This document shows, one piece after another, positions 42,524-58,994 of a DNA stretch of 64,000 bases. The DNA is from Amoebidium appalachense. Lineage: Eukaryota > Protista > Ichthyosporea. The DNA lies in NCBI GenBank assembly GCA_963693365.1, contig CAVNZM010000002.1, positions 10,017,059 through 10,081,058 on the forward strand, in the 5' to 3' direction. The notes under the pieces are model-generated. The model saw only the letters and a program-made list of their open reading frames with translations. It was not told the DNA's origin and ran no database searches. How positions within the stretch are numbered: position 1 is the first letter of the stretch; each line of letters begins with the position of its first letter. The position numbers and the translations under genes are program-made.

Positions 42524-43915
42524 ACGGACCCACAAGTACACGCACACTCACAGGCGCACATCCACCACCACACATCCACCACCACCATAATAGAAACTTA
42601 TTGACCACACTTCCAAAACCCATTTCCAAGTCCCCCCCCCCCCCTAAAAAAAAAATAAAAAATAATAAAACAAAACCCTACCAAGCCAACCCAAAAAATG
42701 CCCAAGCACGTGCATACAAAACAATGGGGACCATTTACACACCCAAAATGCAGTGCACACTTGCCTGAAGGCACATGTCCAGCGTAACCATTTTTGTCAC
42801 CAAACGCCGAGAACTTAGCCGCCTGCTCCTCTGGGGGAAGTTCTGTCAGGCGCTGGTCGTGGGGGCGGAAATCGTTACGCTTTTTGAGTTCATACTTGGT
42901 CCAATGCAGCGCCCTCGAGTAATACAGGAGCCGCTGCTCGTCGTATCGCTGCTTGTGGAGCTCCGAGAGGAGGGTGGCAAAGGCGTTTGGGCCCACACCT
43001 TTGTCTGCCAGTGCACGCAACAATGTTACCACCTTTAGGTCGAGCCCACTGCGGTGGCTAAGGTAGGCCGGAAACTGATCACGCATGAAGAGTGGAAGGC
43101 GTTTAATTGTCTGGGGGTTTGTGCCGGCAAAGTTTTTTTTGCATGTGTCACAAAAGTACCGGGCCGTGATAATGTAGTAGCAGCTGTCAAAGTCGATAAC
43201 ACGCCGTCCTACGGGGTTGCTCATGAACCCATTGCGAGAAGTACGGTGTGGGTTGGGGTGGTTGTGGGGGTCCACGTAGTGATCATCGAAGGGGCACGGC
43301 ACCATGAAACCGGGAGACAACCTTTCCGGAAGCCAGGCAAAACATCTGGGTTTGTAGAAAGGCGCTGGATCGCCCCCAAATTTAAAGCCTATAATGGGAG
43401 GTGGAAGATGCCACCCCACAGGCGTCTTCTCATCTTTGAGACTCTCTTTCACTGTGTGCAGGTGCGACTTGATTGTTTCGCCCGCCGCGTCAGAAAACTC
43501 CTCTCCACCGTCATCCCCGTCCGTATTATCTTCTCCCTCTTCCTCCCCTTCATCCTCGTCTACCCGGTACGCATCTGCTGCTGCATTTAGCAAAGGTTCC
43601 TCGTCGGGTTGCACCTGTATGTCTGGTGGGTGTGGAGCAGGGGCCCGATCCATTTCTCTTGGTAACGAATGGACGCTACCTGCCTCAACTACACGGGCCC
43701 TTATGTCGGCGGCCTTAGATAGAGGGGGCTGTTCGGGTTGTACGTTTACGTTTAGTTCCTGCAAAACAGCTTTGTTTGCCGTCCCAAAACCTGCAAAGTT
43801 CGCTAAAGGCTGAACAAATGCAGCATCTTTTTTTTTTGCGCCCAGCTCCCTCCCTAGCTCCGCCTGTTTTATGCCCAGGGCGCTGTGTTGTGCCCTTAGG
43901 GCAGCCTGGCTTCAT
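36039..43915 (-). CDS. Dada-like transposase (~1530 aa, 6 exons) with internal DEDDy 3'-5' exonuclease; two single-base homopolymer frameshifts in this sequence
   Basis: Exons 43915-42765, 41774-41586, 40620-39790, 39338-38713, 38268-38062, 37638-36039. N-terminal GGAREGAGRK motif, Cys-rich DUF6729-like region (GRRVIDFDSCYY...RYFCDTC...FPAYLSHRSG), LKADHTF, VNELGEI, FYTDRCC, exonuclease GLDCEW / GTDSAHL / YAALDA, NDAFH (DxxH), GCLSDPP, YRCIRGTNEVEG, C-terminal CxxC..C..C finger. Extra bases in the A10 run (43828-43837) and the C8 run (37593-37600). Confidence 0.85.
40711..41010. repeat. Degenerate minisatellite in transposase intron 2
   Basis: About 6-7 copies of CCCAAACCCATGTGCCCACA(T/C)A.. 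separated by C/T-rich spacers. Confidence 0.7.
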
Positions 43916-44084
43916 TTTAAACACTTGGGGCCTGGCCCCCTGCCCCCCTAGTGCGACTACGTTACCGCAAACATTCCCGTATTCCAGTGTGCTCGGCAAT
44001 GCTGCTCATGGCCTTCCCGGACTGGTTGTGACCAGTAAAGAGCGCGCCAATTCCTGACCGCCGCCTACAGCAGTGTATGATCTG

Positions 44085-44197
44085 TTATCCATATTCGGCA
44101 AAAGGGGTCTTGCCCAACCAATGGCTTGAATCCTTGTAACTTTGCTTTATCCATATAAGGTTAGCTGAACACCCCGGGCCGGTTAGCTGAACACCCC
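44085..44197. repeat. Subterminal repeats at the transposon 5' end
   Basis: TTATCCATATTCGG (44085-44098) and TTATCCATATAAGG (44147-44160). 17-bp direct repeat GGTTAGCTGAACACCCC at 44159-44175 and 44181-44197. Confidence 0.8.
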
Positions 44198-44262
44198 CCC
44201 CTCCAATCATACCCCCCCTTCTCTCTAGTAGTAGCTCCTGGCATGCCGCACCCCCCCCCCCC

Positions 44263-44270
44263 TTTTTCGG
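44263..44270. repeat. Right target-site duplication TTTTTCGG
   Basis: Matches 33259-33266 and lies 30 nt downstream of the H2B stop. Confidence 0.85.
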
Positions 44271-44300
44271 CTTGCAGCACGATTGCAGACTCGCACACGT

Positions 44301-44678
44301 TTACTTGTTGGACGTGTACTTGGTGACGGCCTTGGTGCCCTCAGACACGGCGTGCTTGGCAAGCTCACCAGGGAGCAGCAGGCGCACGGCAGTCTGGATC
44401 TCGCGGGAGGAGATGGTGGACTTCTTGTTGTAGAGGGCAAGCTTGGAGGCCTCGCCAGCAACGCGCTCGAAGATGTCGTTCACGAAAGAGTTCATGATAG
44501 ACATGGCCTTGGAGGAAATACCGGTGTCGGGGTGCACCTGCTTGAGCACCTTGTAGATATACACGCTGTAGCTCTCCTTTCTCTTCTTCTTCTTTTTCTT
44601 GTCGCCCTTCTTGGCTGCGGCGGCGGCTCCGCCCTCACCGGCCTTCTTCTCGGCCTTCTTTCCTCCCTTTGGCGGCAT
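44301..44678 (-). CDS. H2B: Histone H2B
   Basis: [39 protein letters not shown]...[23 protein letters not shown]. Intronless, 125 aa. Confidence 0.99.
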   Translation of the reverse strand: MPPKGGKKAEKKAGEGGAAAAAKKGDKKKKKKRKESYSVYIYKVLKQVHPDTGISSKAMSIMNSFVNDIFERVAGEASKLALYNKKSTISSREIQTAVRLLLPGELAKHAVSEGTKAVTKYTSNK

Positions 44679-44729
44679 GATGTTTTGCGTTCAGGACGAG
44701 TGTTGTGTGTGGAGAAAAGAACGGCTGCT

Positions 44730-44905
44730 TCAATATATATTTAAGGCCAGGATCGGCTGCCTCACATCAACCAATCATAATCATTTTATAATTCTGCAAG
44801 AGAGGGGTAAATTAATTTCGCGGCGGCATTTAAAATTTTACCCCCTTTAGAAAACAGTTCGCGATTGATTGGTTGAATCATTTGCTGTAACGACACTATA
44901 AAATC
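44730..44905. promoter_or_regulatory. Bidirectional H2B/H3 promoter
   Basis: TATA-like boxes at ~44732 and ~44897. Inverted CCAAT elements TCAACCAATCA (44767) / TGATTGGTTGA (44866). Inverted AGGGGTAAA / TTTACCCC pair (44801-44846). Confidence 0.7.
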
Positions 44906-44952
44906 AGCAACCGCCCTAAACTTGTCTCACAAACGTCAACTTCACAACGTGA

Positions 44953-45366
<414 letters not shown>

Positions 45367-45420
45367 GTGCCCTGCACACCTTAAAGCCCTTCGGCTTAAT
45401 GAAGGGCTGACACAAATAAT

Positions 45421-45460
45421 GGTGTTTTTAAACACCACCCACCTTCGCAAAGAATCTTAT
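45421..45460 (+). promoter_or_regulatory. Histone 3' stem-loop plus HDE-like motif (H3)
   Basis: GGTGTT-TTTA-AACACC-ACCCA, then CAAAGAATCTTAT. Confidence 0.88.
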
Positions 45461-47259
45461 CTGCACTTTGCCCATTGCTCACGCACGTAGTAGCAAGCCT
45501 TTATGGACCTTTTCGAAACATGCATAAAAGTGGCCTTGTTTTGCTTTCCATATCTGTCCCCACCAGTTCCTCCAACTTAAATGAATTTGCGTGCGTATTT
45601 TTTTTTTGCTGTGAAGCTTGAGACTTTCTGTACCCAGATCTGGCGACAACCACCTGCGCCTCTTATCTCCGTGCCCCCACCCCCCCACCTCTACGTGAAC
45701 ACTTAGAACAACCGACTTTTTTCCCGAGCTCGTAAAGGGTTTCGTCTGACAGGTGAGTCCTCCCTTTCCAAACTTTTGTGTCTCCCACCCCTGCTTTGCC
45801 TCCTCCCATGACTCCCATTCCATTACAAGCCACCACACCCCAAACACAACTCCGTCCACTTCGGCTGCAGGTGTTAATACCTTGCCCCGCTTCCCCTTTT
45901 CCCACCCCGGAGCCCACTTCCGTCTACCAGATTCCGTCTTCCGTCTACCAGATATTTCCACCTGCATGCTAGCTAGACAACGAAAGTTAACTTATGGGCT
46001 TCGGGGCCTCGTAAGTTGCAGCCATGGCCTTAGGAGCCCAGATTGGCTTCGCTCGGCAATGCAAGACGGTGAGCGAGAGGTGAGTGAGAGGACCGTTCAA
46101 ACGGGGGGGGGGGGGGGGGGGGGGGGGGTGGTAATAAGTTTTGAGGGAAATCAGTAGTATTTTCATTATTTGGAGTTGGGAGTTAGCTAGTTGCATGCTG
46201 TGTGCCAGCGGCTTCCATGTGTAGGTCATACACGTATACATCCGTGCTCGTTGGCACACGTGCACACGTGCACCCATATACGTACAAGTGTACATACATA
46301 CACGCACGTAGACACCATGACGCACACACTATGTGACCCACACAGAGCTCTCTCTCTCAAAAGTTTCTCAGGCTCCCTTCTTTCCCCCCTCCCCTCCCTC
46401 CCTCCCTCCCGTACTCCCTTCCCTCACCTTCCTTCCCCCCCTTCCTCCCCTCTCTCCCCTTTTTCCTCCCCGCGAAGCTCTCCCTCTTTCACTTCCTCCC
46501 GGCACTCCCAAGTCTCTCTACGTTCGTGTGTTATACGTTAAGTGTGCCTCTATGTGCAGTGTGTGTGTATGGAACTGTATGTCTGTGAGTGCAGGTTACA
46601 TAGTTAACTCTGGGTGAAGTATGTATGTTTTCTTTTTTGTTTTTTTTTTTGTGCATGCCTGTGTACGTGTGGAAGGACAGGAAGAGGGAGGAAGGGGGGG
46701 GGGGGGGGGGGGGGGGGGAGGGAGGGGGGAGGGGGAGGGGGGGGGGGGGGGAGGCTGGCAGGAAGGGGAGACTTCGGGGCTTTAACGGCCGGGGCTGCCT
46801 GACTTCTCTTTCCCAGCCTAGCCCAGCTAACAGATCTACATGGTCGGCATGCTTCCACTTACCTTCAAGCATCCTAGTTTCAAGTGATTGAAATGATACA
46901 TTCAACATCCCTCGAGCTCCCCCCCGCAATGTGTCCATGATAATGGCCTAGCCAACCCTCCCTCCCCCCCCCCCCCCCCCCCCCTACCCCACAGGCCTCC
47001 GCCCCAAAAAAAACAACATGATGTTCAAAACAGCCATGCCCCCCCCCCCCCCCCCCCCCCCTCTCCTCCTCCTCTCCCCACCCCCCGGGGCCTTCCATCC
47101 CCCCCAAAAGAAAAAGAGGTGGGTCTGTAGAAATTTACTATGATGGTGCAACAAATAATGGAGAGATAGCTGAAAGAAAGCAAAACTTGCAACAGAACAC
47201 AAAATATAGAGTAATCAGCAGTAGAGACCACATGTATGCTCGGACTCTTTTTTTTTTTT

Positions 47260-47290
<31 letters not shown>

Positions 47291-47828
47291 CAAGGCTTCA
47301 CAGCAAAACGTACAAATACCGGCTACTTAATGCTGATTACTCTATATTTTGTGTTCTGTTGCACCCTACAGCCCTGTAAGTATCCACACGGTTTCAAATG
47401 GACCCCAATACACATATGTGCACACTTTCGCGCGTTTATACATGACATGCAATAATATTAGAGCAGCCCACCTAATGATATCGATGCAGTTGCACAAACG
47501 AAATAGCGAATTACCTCAGAGGATAGCCTGAGAGTAATCAAAAAATCACTTGGGGCATATGGTGGCATGTATTGCTGCGAGCAGTCAGAAAGTATTTAGG
47601 CGAAATAGTAGGCTTCGTTTACTGGCCCCGCTCCCCTTCCCCTCGGCATATTTGTGTATTATGTGCAGTCCCGTTTGAGGAAGGGATGGATGGGTAGGTG
47701 GGTGAATGGGTGGTCGGAAAAGGGGAGGGGGGGAGGAGGAGAGGGGAATGTAGAATGACCCCGGAATAAGTCCTTCACAACAAAAAGAGGCCCGTTCCAC
47801 CAGCACATGGCTGTGAAACCCATCGTTA

Positions 47829-47920
47829 TCCGTGTATCAGTGCTCCTTACAATGTTTTGCAGTCGTTATTAGACTGCTAATAACGATTGCAAAACATAGT
47901 AAGGAGCACTGATACACGGA
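47829..47920. repeat. 92-bp near-perfect hairpin (44-bp arms, 4-nt loop)
   Basis: 47829-47872 matches the reverse complement of 47877-47920 with 2 mismatches. Confidence 0.9.
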
Positions 47921-48138
47921 AAACGGAGCAAGGCACAGGCACAAACAAGAATGCAGTTTGAGAGTGGAAAACCAGAGCACAGGGAATAGTGAAAGCAACC
48001 AGCAAGCACAGGTGTATGACGGTGTTCTCTTTCACTTTCTGGATAAAGAAGCGGCAATGATGGTGGGAAAGGAGTGAAGGGTTAGTCAAGTAGGGTGTAA
48101 TGAAGAACGTTTGGGGGGTCGAAAGGAGGGCCAAAACG

Positions 48139-48177
48139 ATAAGCTTCTTTGAAAAGGGGGTGGTGTTTAGAAACACC
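48139..48177 (-). promoter_or_regulatory. Histone 3' stem-loop plus HDE-like motif (H4)
   Basis: Minus strand GGTGTT-TCTA-AACACC (48177-48162), then ACCCCCTTTTCAAAGAAGCTTAT. Confidence 0.88.
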
Positions 48178-48211
48178 ATAAAAAGGGGAAGAAGCTCTGT
48201 CAAGGTAGCGT

Positions 48212-48680
<469 letters not shown>

Positions 48681-48758
48681 TGTAATCTTTGCATCCGATC
48701 CGGCTTGATCCTTTTTAGTCAAGCTCCGATCAGCCACTTCCGCACTTCGTCTTGGTAA

Positions 48759-49187
<429 letters not shown>

Positions 49188-49233
49188 TTGCTGCCCCTGC
49201 TGCCTTGATCGCGGTTTTAGCGGTTCATTTTCT

Positions 49234-49270
49234 GGTGTTTTTAAACACCAACCCCTTTTAAAGAGTTTAT
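49234..49270 (+). promoter_or_regulatory. Histone 3' stem-loop plus HDE-like motif (H2A)
   Basis: GGTGTT-TTTA-AACACC-AACCC, then TTTTAAAGAGTTTAT. Confidence 0.88.
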
Positions 49271-49675
49271 CCACTGTTCACCTTGTCTGTGTGAGCACCG
49301 TGCTCGTTGAGTGACTTCCCAACAGGCTATTAGAACCTGTATACCAAATGTATTATTGCACGTGTTCCTGCTTGAAGTTTGACCTTTTTCCTATGAGCAT
49401 GTAGGCTCTAAACAGTCCAGTCATGCAGTACACTGTGAACGTTTATTGTCGTTAAATGTGGAACTATGTTTGCCGTACGAGAACACAACTTGTTGCACCT
49501 GTCGACACCAGAGGTGGATGGAAATCTCGTGTAGTTTCTTCGTTTCTTCTTTTTCCCTTGCGAATCAGTCGTGTGCGTGTAAGGGGGCTGCTGCGTGGGG
49601 AGTTAACGTCATTCGAAATAAATTTGAGGGCGGCGAGATCTCGACTCGGTTCTCGGAGCCGAGGAGGGTCAAGGG

Positions 49676-50322
49676 AGCTGTTTGGGCCTGCAATACTCTA
49701 CTGAAACTTGATTAGGCTATACGCATGAAATTAAAACCCCGCAATAGTGTGTGTGTGACTTTGGACTGCCACTTACTTATTAAACATGTACACAATCACA
49801 AGATAATCACGCAATATAACAAATGGAAAAAGATACCACACGACACTAGACCCGATGAAAGCATACACCTTGAAAAACTAAGCCTTATGTCTCGTTTTAT
49901 ATATACTGACCGCCTCAACCATATTGCCAAATATGGCACTCGCAAGTGTATAACACCTAAATACATATTACCTTCCTGTAGAACTGGTCTTTCTCTAGCT
50001 GATGGTATTATTGATCAATTACCACGCTTTTACTGTACACGTGCTATACAGTGGAGATCTAATAAGTATAAGGTGGCATCATTTGCATGCCCAAACAACA
50101 CACACACACACCAGTTTAACCGGTCATGTATCGCCAAATGTAGTTTGATAGACCACATAATACCGCAACACACACACGTCACATTCACAACAGACACCCA
50201 GAAAGATAGCCTACCTGTAAATTACAACATCCTTGATTTTATACTAAACACGCGTAACTACGACCTGTTTATTAGATGTATTGATTGGCTTGAGAAACAC
50301 ATCACTACAAAATTATAGCGCA

Positions 50323-50393
<71 letters not shown>

Positions 50394-50425
50394 CCAGCTG
50401 ATACCGAGTGTCCCGAGGGGAGCCC

Positions 50426-50480
<55 letters not shown>

Positions 50481-50778
50481 GGGGAACCCCAACTAATTGA
50501 TTTCTCCTTGTAGTCTTTATGGTGTCTCGCAGAGAAAGTAAACCCTGATATATAGTCACCACCCGACATCTATGTACGTGATCATGATATACCGCTGAGG
50601 GGATATTCCGAGCAAACCCCCCCCCCCCATACCTGAGACTGGTTCTCTTTGCCTCGAGTAAACAGCGTAAACCCCCCATGAAATTAGAGAGTATTGCAGG
50701 CCCAAACAGCTACTTCCTCGTTAGTGTCTCTCCTGAAACTTGATTATATGAAATTAGAGACACTAACGAGGAAGTAGC
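49676..50778. repeat. Two abutting inverted-repeat units with different perfect stems (24 and 23 bp) and a shared loop CTGAAACTTGATTA..ATGAAATTA
   Basis: Arms 49676-49699 / 50688-50711 and 50709-50731 / 50756-50778. Confidence 0.85.
49734..50676 (+). mobile_element. Probable 5'-truncated non-LTR retrotransposon fragment (ORF2 C-terminus plus 3' UTR)
   Basis: Flanked by direct repeats CATGAAATTA (49724-49733 and 50677-50686). The AT-rich open frame to 50318 has a QWR...CP...H.FNRSC...NILDFILN pattern reminiscent of LINE ORF2 C-termini (family assignment from memory). Confidence 0.5.
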
Positions 50779-51002
50779 AGCTCTTGAGTCCACAACTCTA
50801 CTCTTGTCAACCAGTGCACTTTAGAAAGGCGCTTTCCTCCCCTTCGTTTGCCGGGGTAGCGCGTATGCGTTTCTTTCTGCTGCCTGCCTTCGATCCTAAT
50901 AATGGTATGATCGTTTTGTAACCCAGCACGTGTCACACGGTCAGTAAAAGGCACCCTCCTTCGCGTCGATCTTGTAGATCTGATGTTGGGTTTTCAGTAA
51001 AC

Positions 51003-56249
<5,247 letters not shown>

Positions 56250-56920
56250 TTCTCTTTTTCCTTTACCTTTCTTTTCCTTTTTTATGTTATTGTTTTGTGA
56301 TGGTGTGTTCGTATTTGCTTTGTTTATTGCCAGTTCAGGCTCTCTCTACGCAATGGTATGCTGTGCATATCTGATTTTAGGCGTGATGATTGGCTCCAAA
56401 GTCGAAACACTTGGCGTTTCTGTCGGGACCAATACAATTAGTTGGAATGTTATCTTCCATACCTTTGCAATGTGAATACCTTCACGCCACCCACTCAGGC
56501 CCATACCCGTTTTTTAGATCGAAACCATTGCCAAGATGTCCGATACTACTTTGTGGCCTATTCAGATGTTTGATTGGGTACCAGGGTTTGGGTTACGCAC
56601 CACATGCATCTCTCCCAATCTCTCTCTCCCTCCCCCTCCCCACTTATATTGCCTGCTCCTTCCCTTCCCCCTCCTCTCCCCGTCTGTCCCCGCCCCCTCT
56701 CTCCCTCTTGCTCCCTCCAATTAACTCTCTCTCTCTTCCCCCCCCTCCCCCTTCCTCCGGTGCTCCCCCTCAAAGCCTCCCCGTCTCTCTCTCTGCGTGT
56801 ATGTACACATGTGTTCACGTTCCTCTGTCATGTGGCAACCATGCAAGTACTTCTCTAACGAGGTGTCTGTGACTACGGGCATGTGTCTCTCTCTCCCTCT
56901 CTCTCCCTCTCTCTCTCTCC

Positions 56921-56995
<75 letters not shown>

Positions 56996-57455
56996 CTCGC
57001 TCTCTCTCTCTCTCTCTCCCCTTCTCTCCTTCTCCCTCTCCCTTTCCCTCCCTCCTTCCCTCCCTCCCTCCACTGCCATCCCTCCCTGCCTCCCTCCGTG
57101 CTCCCTCCCTCCACTCCTCCCGAGTCCGAACCCTTTATAATGGCTATGCCTAATTAGGGGAAAATGCCATATATGGGCAAAAGCTATATCATGGGGCTTT
57201 GTGATATCCGAGTCGACTGCTATGGACGGCATTGAATCTTGGTGATCATGACGTTATCGGTGACTTACTGTAATAATAAGAAATAAACGATAACATGAAG
57301 GGTGGCAACTTAAGTTTATTCTAGTCAACTGCTTTTAAGGTCGGAAAACAACATATGCATGCTGCGCAGATTATTGTTGCATGATTTATTGCCACTCGTA
57401 TTGAATGTTATGAAGTGGGCACCAGGCTTGGGTATGCATGTACACATGCATTTGC

Positions 57456-57532
<77 letters not shown>

Positions 57533-58152
57533 ATGAGTGTACTGTGTGTGTGTATGTGTGAGTGTGTTCGCAGGGGGGCACATTGTGTGTGTGTGTATGT
57601 GTAAGTGTGTTCGCAGGGGGGCACATGCTTGTCGCCCTGTGAGTACGTGTGTGTAGATCAGGGAATTAATGACTTTACGGCAAATACAGATACCCTCCGC
57701 CAAATTTTAAATGGGGCATGATCTTGGATTTTCTGGACCCCATCGGGGACTCATGCCCCCCCCCCCCCCCCCCCCCCCCCCTGGGGGGCTGGCCTACTTT
57801 CGTTTTTGTTCTTGCGTTACCTCAACCCCACCAGCCAGCAGCCAAAGAGGGTGACTGTACACGAAATACAAACCGTAGGCTACTTTCATCACCACGTGAA
57901 GAAGAGTGAGTGGGCATGACATGAGCGCACACATATATAGGCAGCCTCCCGCCAATTTCTAGCACGATTTATTCATCAGTACCGATGGCTATAGCTACTG
58001 TCATCTATTACATGCACGGCCGCGGACCCATCGTGACATTCGCTTACAAGGTTAGGAAATTGTGACGATCGTCAGACTAAAGAAACAATGGGAATAGAAA
58101 TAGGAATAAAAATCAAGATAAAAACCAAGACTAATAATAAAAAATTTAAAGC

Positions 58153-58186
<34 letters not shown>

Positions 58187-58390
58187 GGAAAAGGCAGTGT
58201 CACGCATTACAGGCACGGGGTCGTTAGTGCGGGCAAGCCAGACTGAGTGCGGCAAAACATATCGACACGACTTACCGACAAAAGCTATCCCAGTTCAGAA
58301 GGCATATATATCCTTCACATGTTGTTGTATATTCGAAACACAGCTCCTTACAGCATAGATAGTGGTGGATAAGCCAGTCTTCCCCCCCCC

Positions 58391-58425
<35 letters not shown>

Positions 58426-58808
58426 ATTTCCATGAATTCGACTATCATAGGGAACTCGCATCACCGGCAGTGTCATTATAAACTCCAAACTGTTTTTTAC
58501 ATCCTGAGTCTTCTCAAAGGAATTGAGAAGAACTTGAGAAAAATATCCCGCATATGTTCCAAATAGTCAAATTTTCGTCAAAAGAATAAACCGCAATCAT
58601 TGGTGCACACTGTCGAACACCGCAACCCAGTTTTTTGCTTGCTTGACTAAATTTCTACGTGTATATCTGATTCACCTCCCTCCTTATTGAAGTAAACTCT
58701 GCGCAATCCACAGAATCATTTCGATTCACTCGTTTTCCTCCTCCCGGCAAGACACTGTCACAAAATTTTCAATGCCGTGTTAGGCGGATTTTCTCTGTTT
58801 TTTGTTCT

Positions 58809-58937
58809 TTACGGTTGGGATATCTCCTCCGAGTTTATCCCGTCCGTGGTGACTATCCGCCACCTCTTCCCACTTGGCCCCGGCTGCTCTGGGTGTGCCT
58901 CGTCTCCTGCCGGCGACATTTCTTGTTAGCGCTCAAA

Positions 58938-58994
<57 letters not shown>

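Larger units (their letters stand above)
33267..44262 (-). mobile_element. ~11-kb DNA transposon, Dada-like (DDE transposase with DxxH and DEDDy exonuclease insert), inserted in the H2B 3' UTR
   Basis: 8-bp TSD. Only short imperfect subterminal inverted repeats (CAGGAGC 33282-33288 / GCTCCTG 44234-44240). Single large spliced transposase gene. The reconstructed empty site restores a normal H2B 3' end. Confidence 0.85.

Noticed and set aside
43828-43837. Programmed ribosomal frameshift in the transposase
   Set aside because: It would need a +1 shift in a plain A10 run, and a second +1 occurs in a C8 run. Homopolymer error or mutation is simpler.
33267-44262. Classification as Zisupton/KDZ or hAT because of the 8-bp TSD
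   Set aside because: There are no proper TIRs, and the motif order (DHTF, YxDxCC, exonuclease insert, DxxH, RGTNxxE, C-terminal C4 finger) fits Dada better. Phylogeny is still needed.
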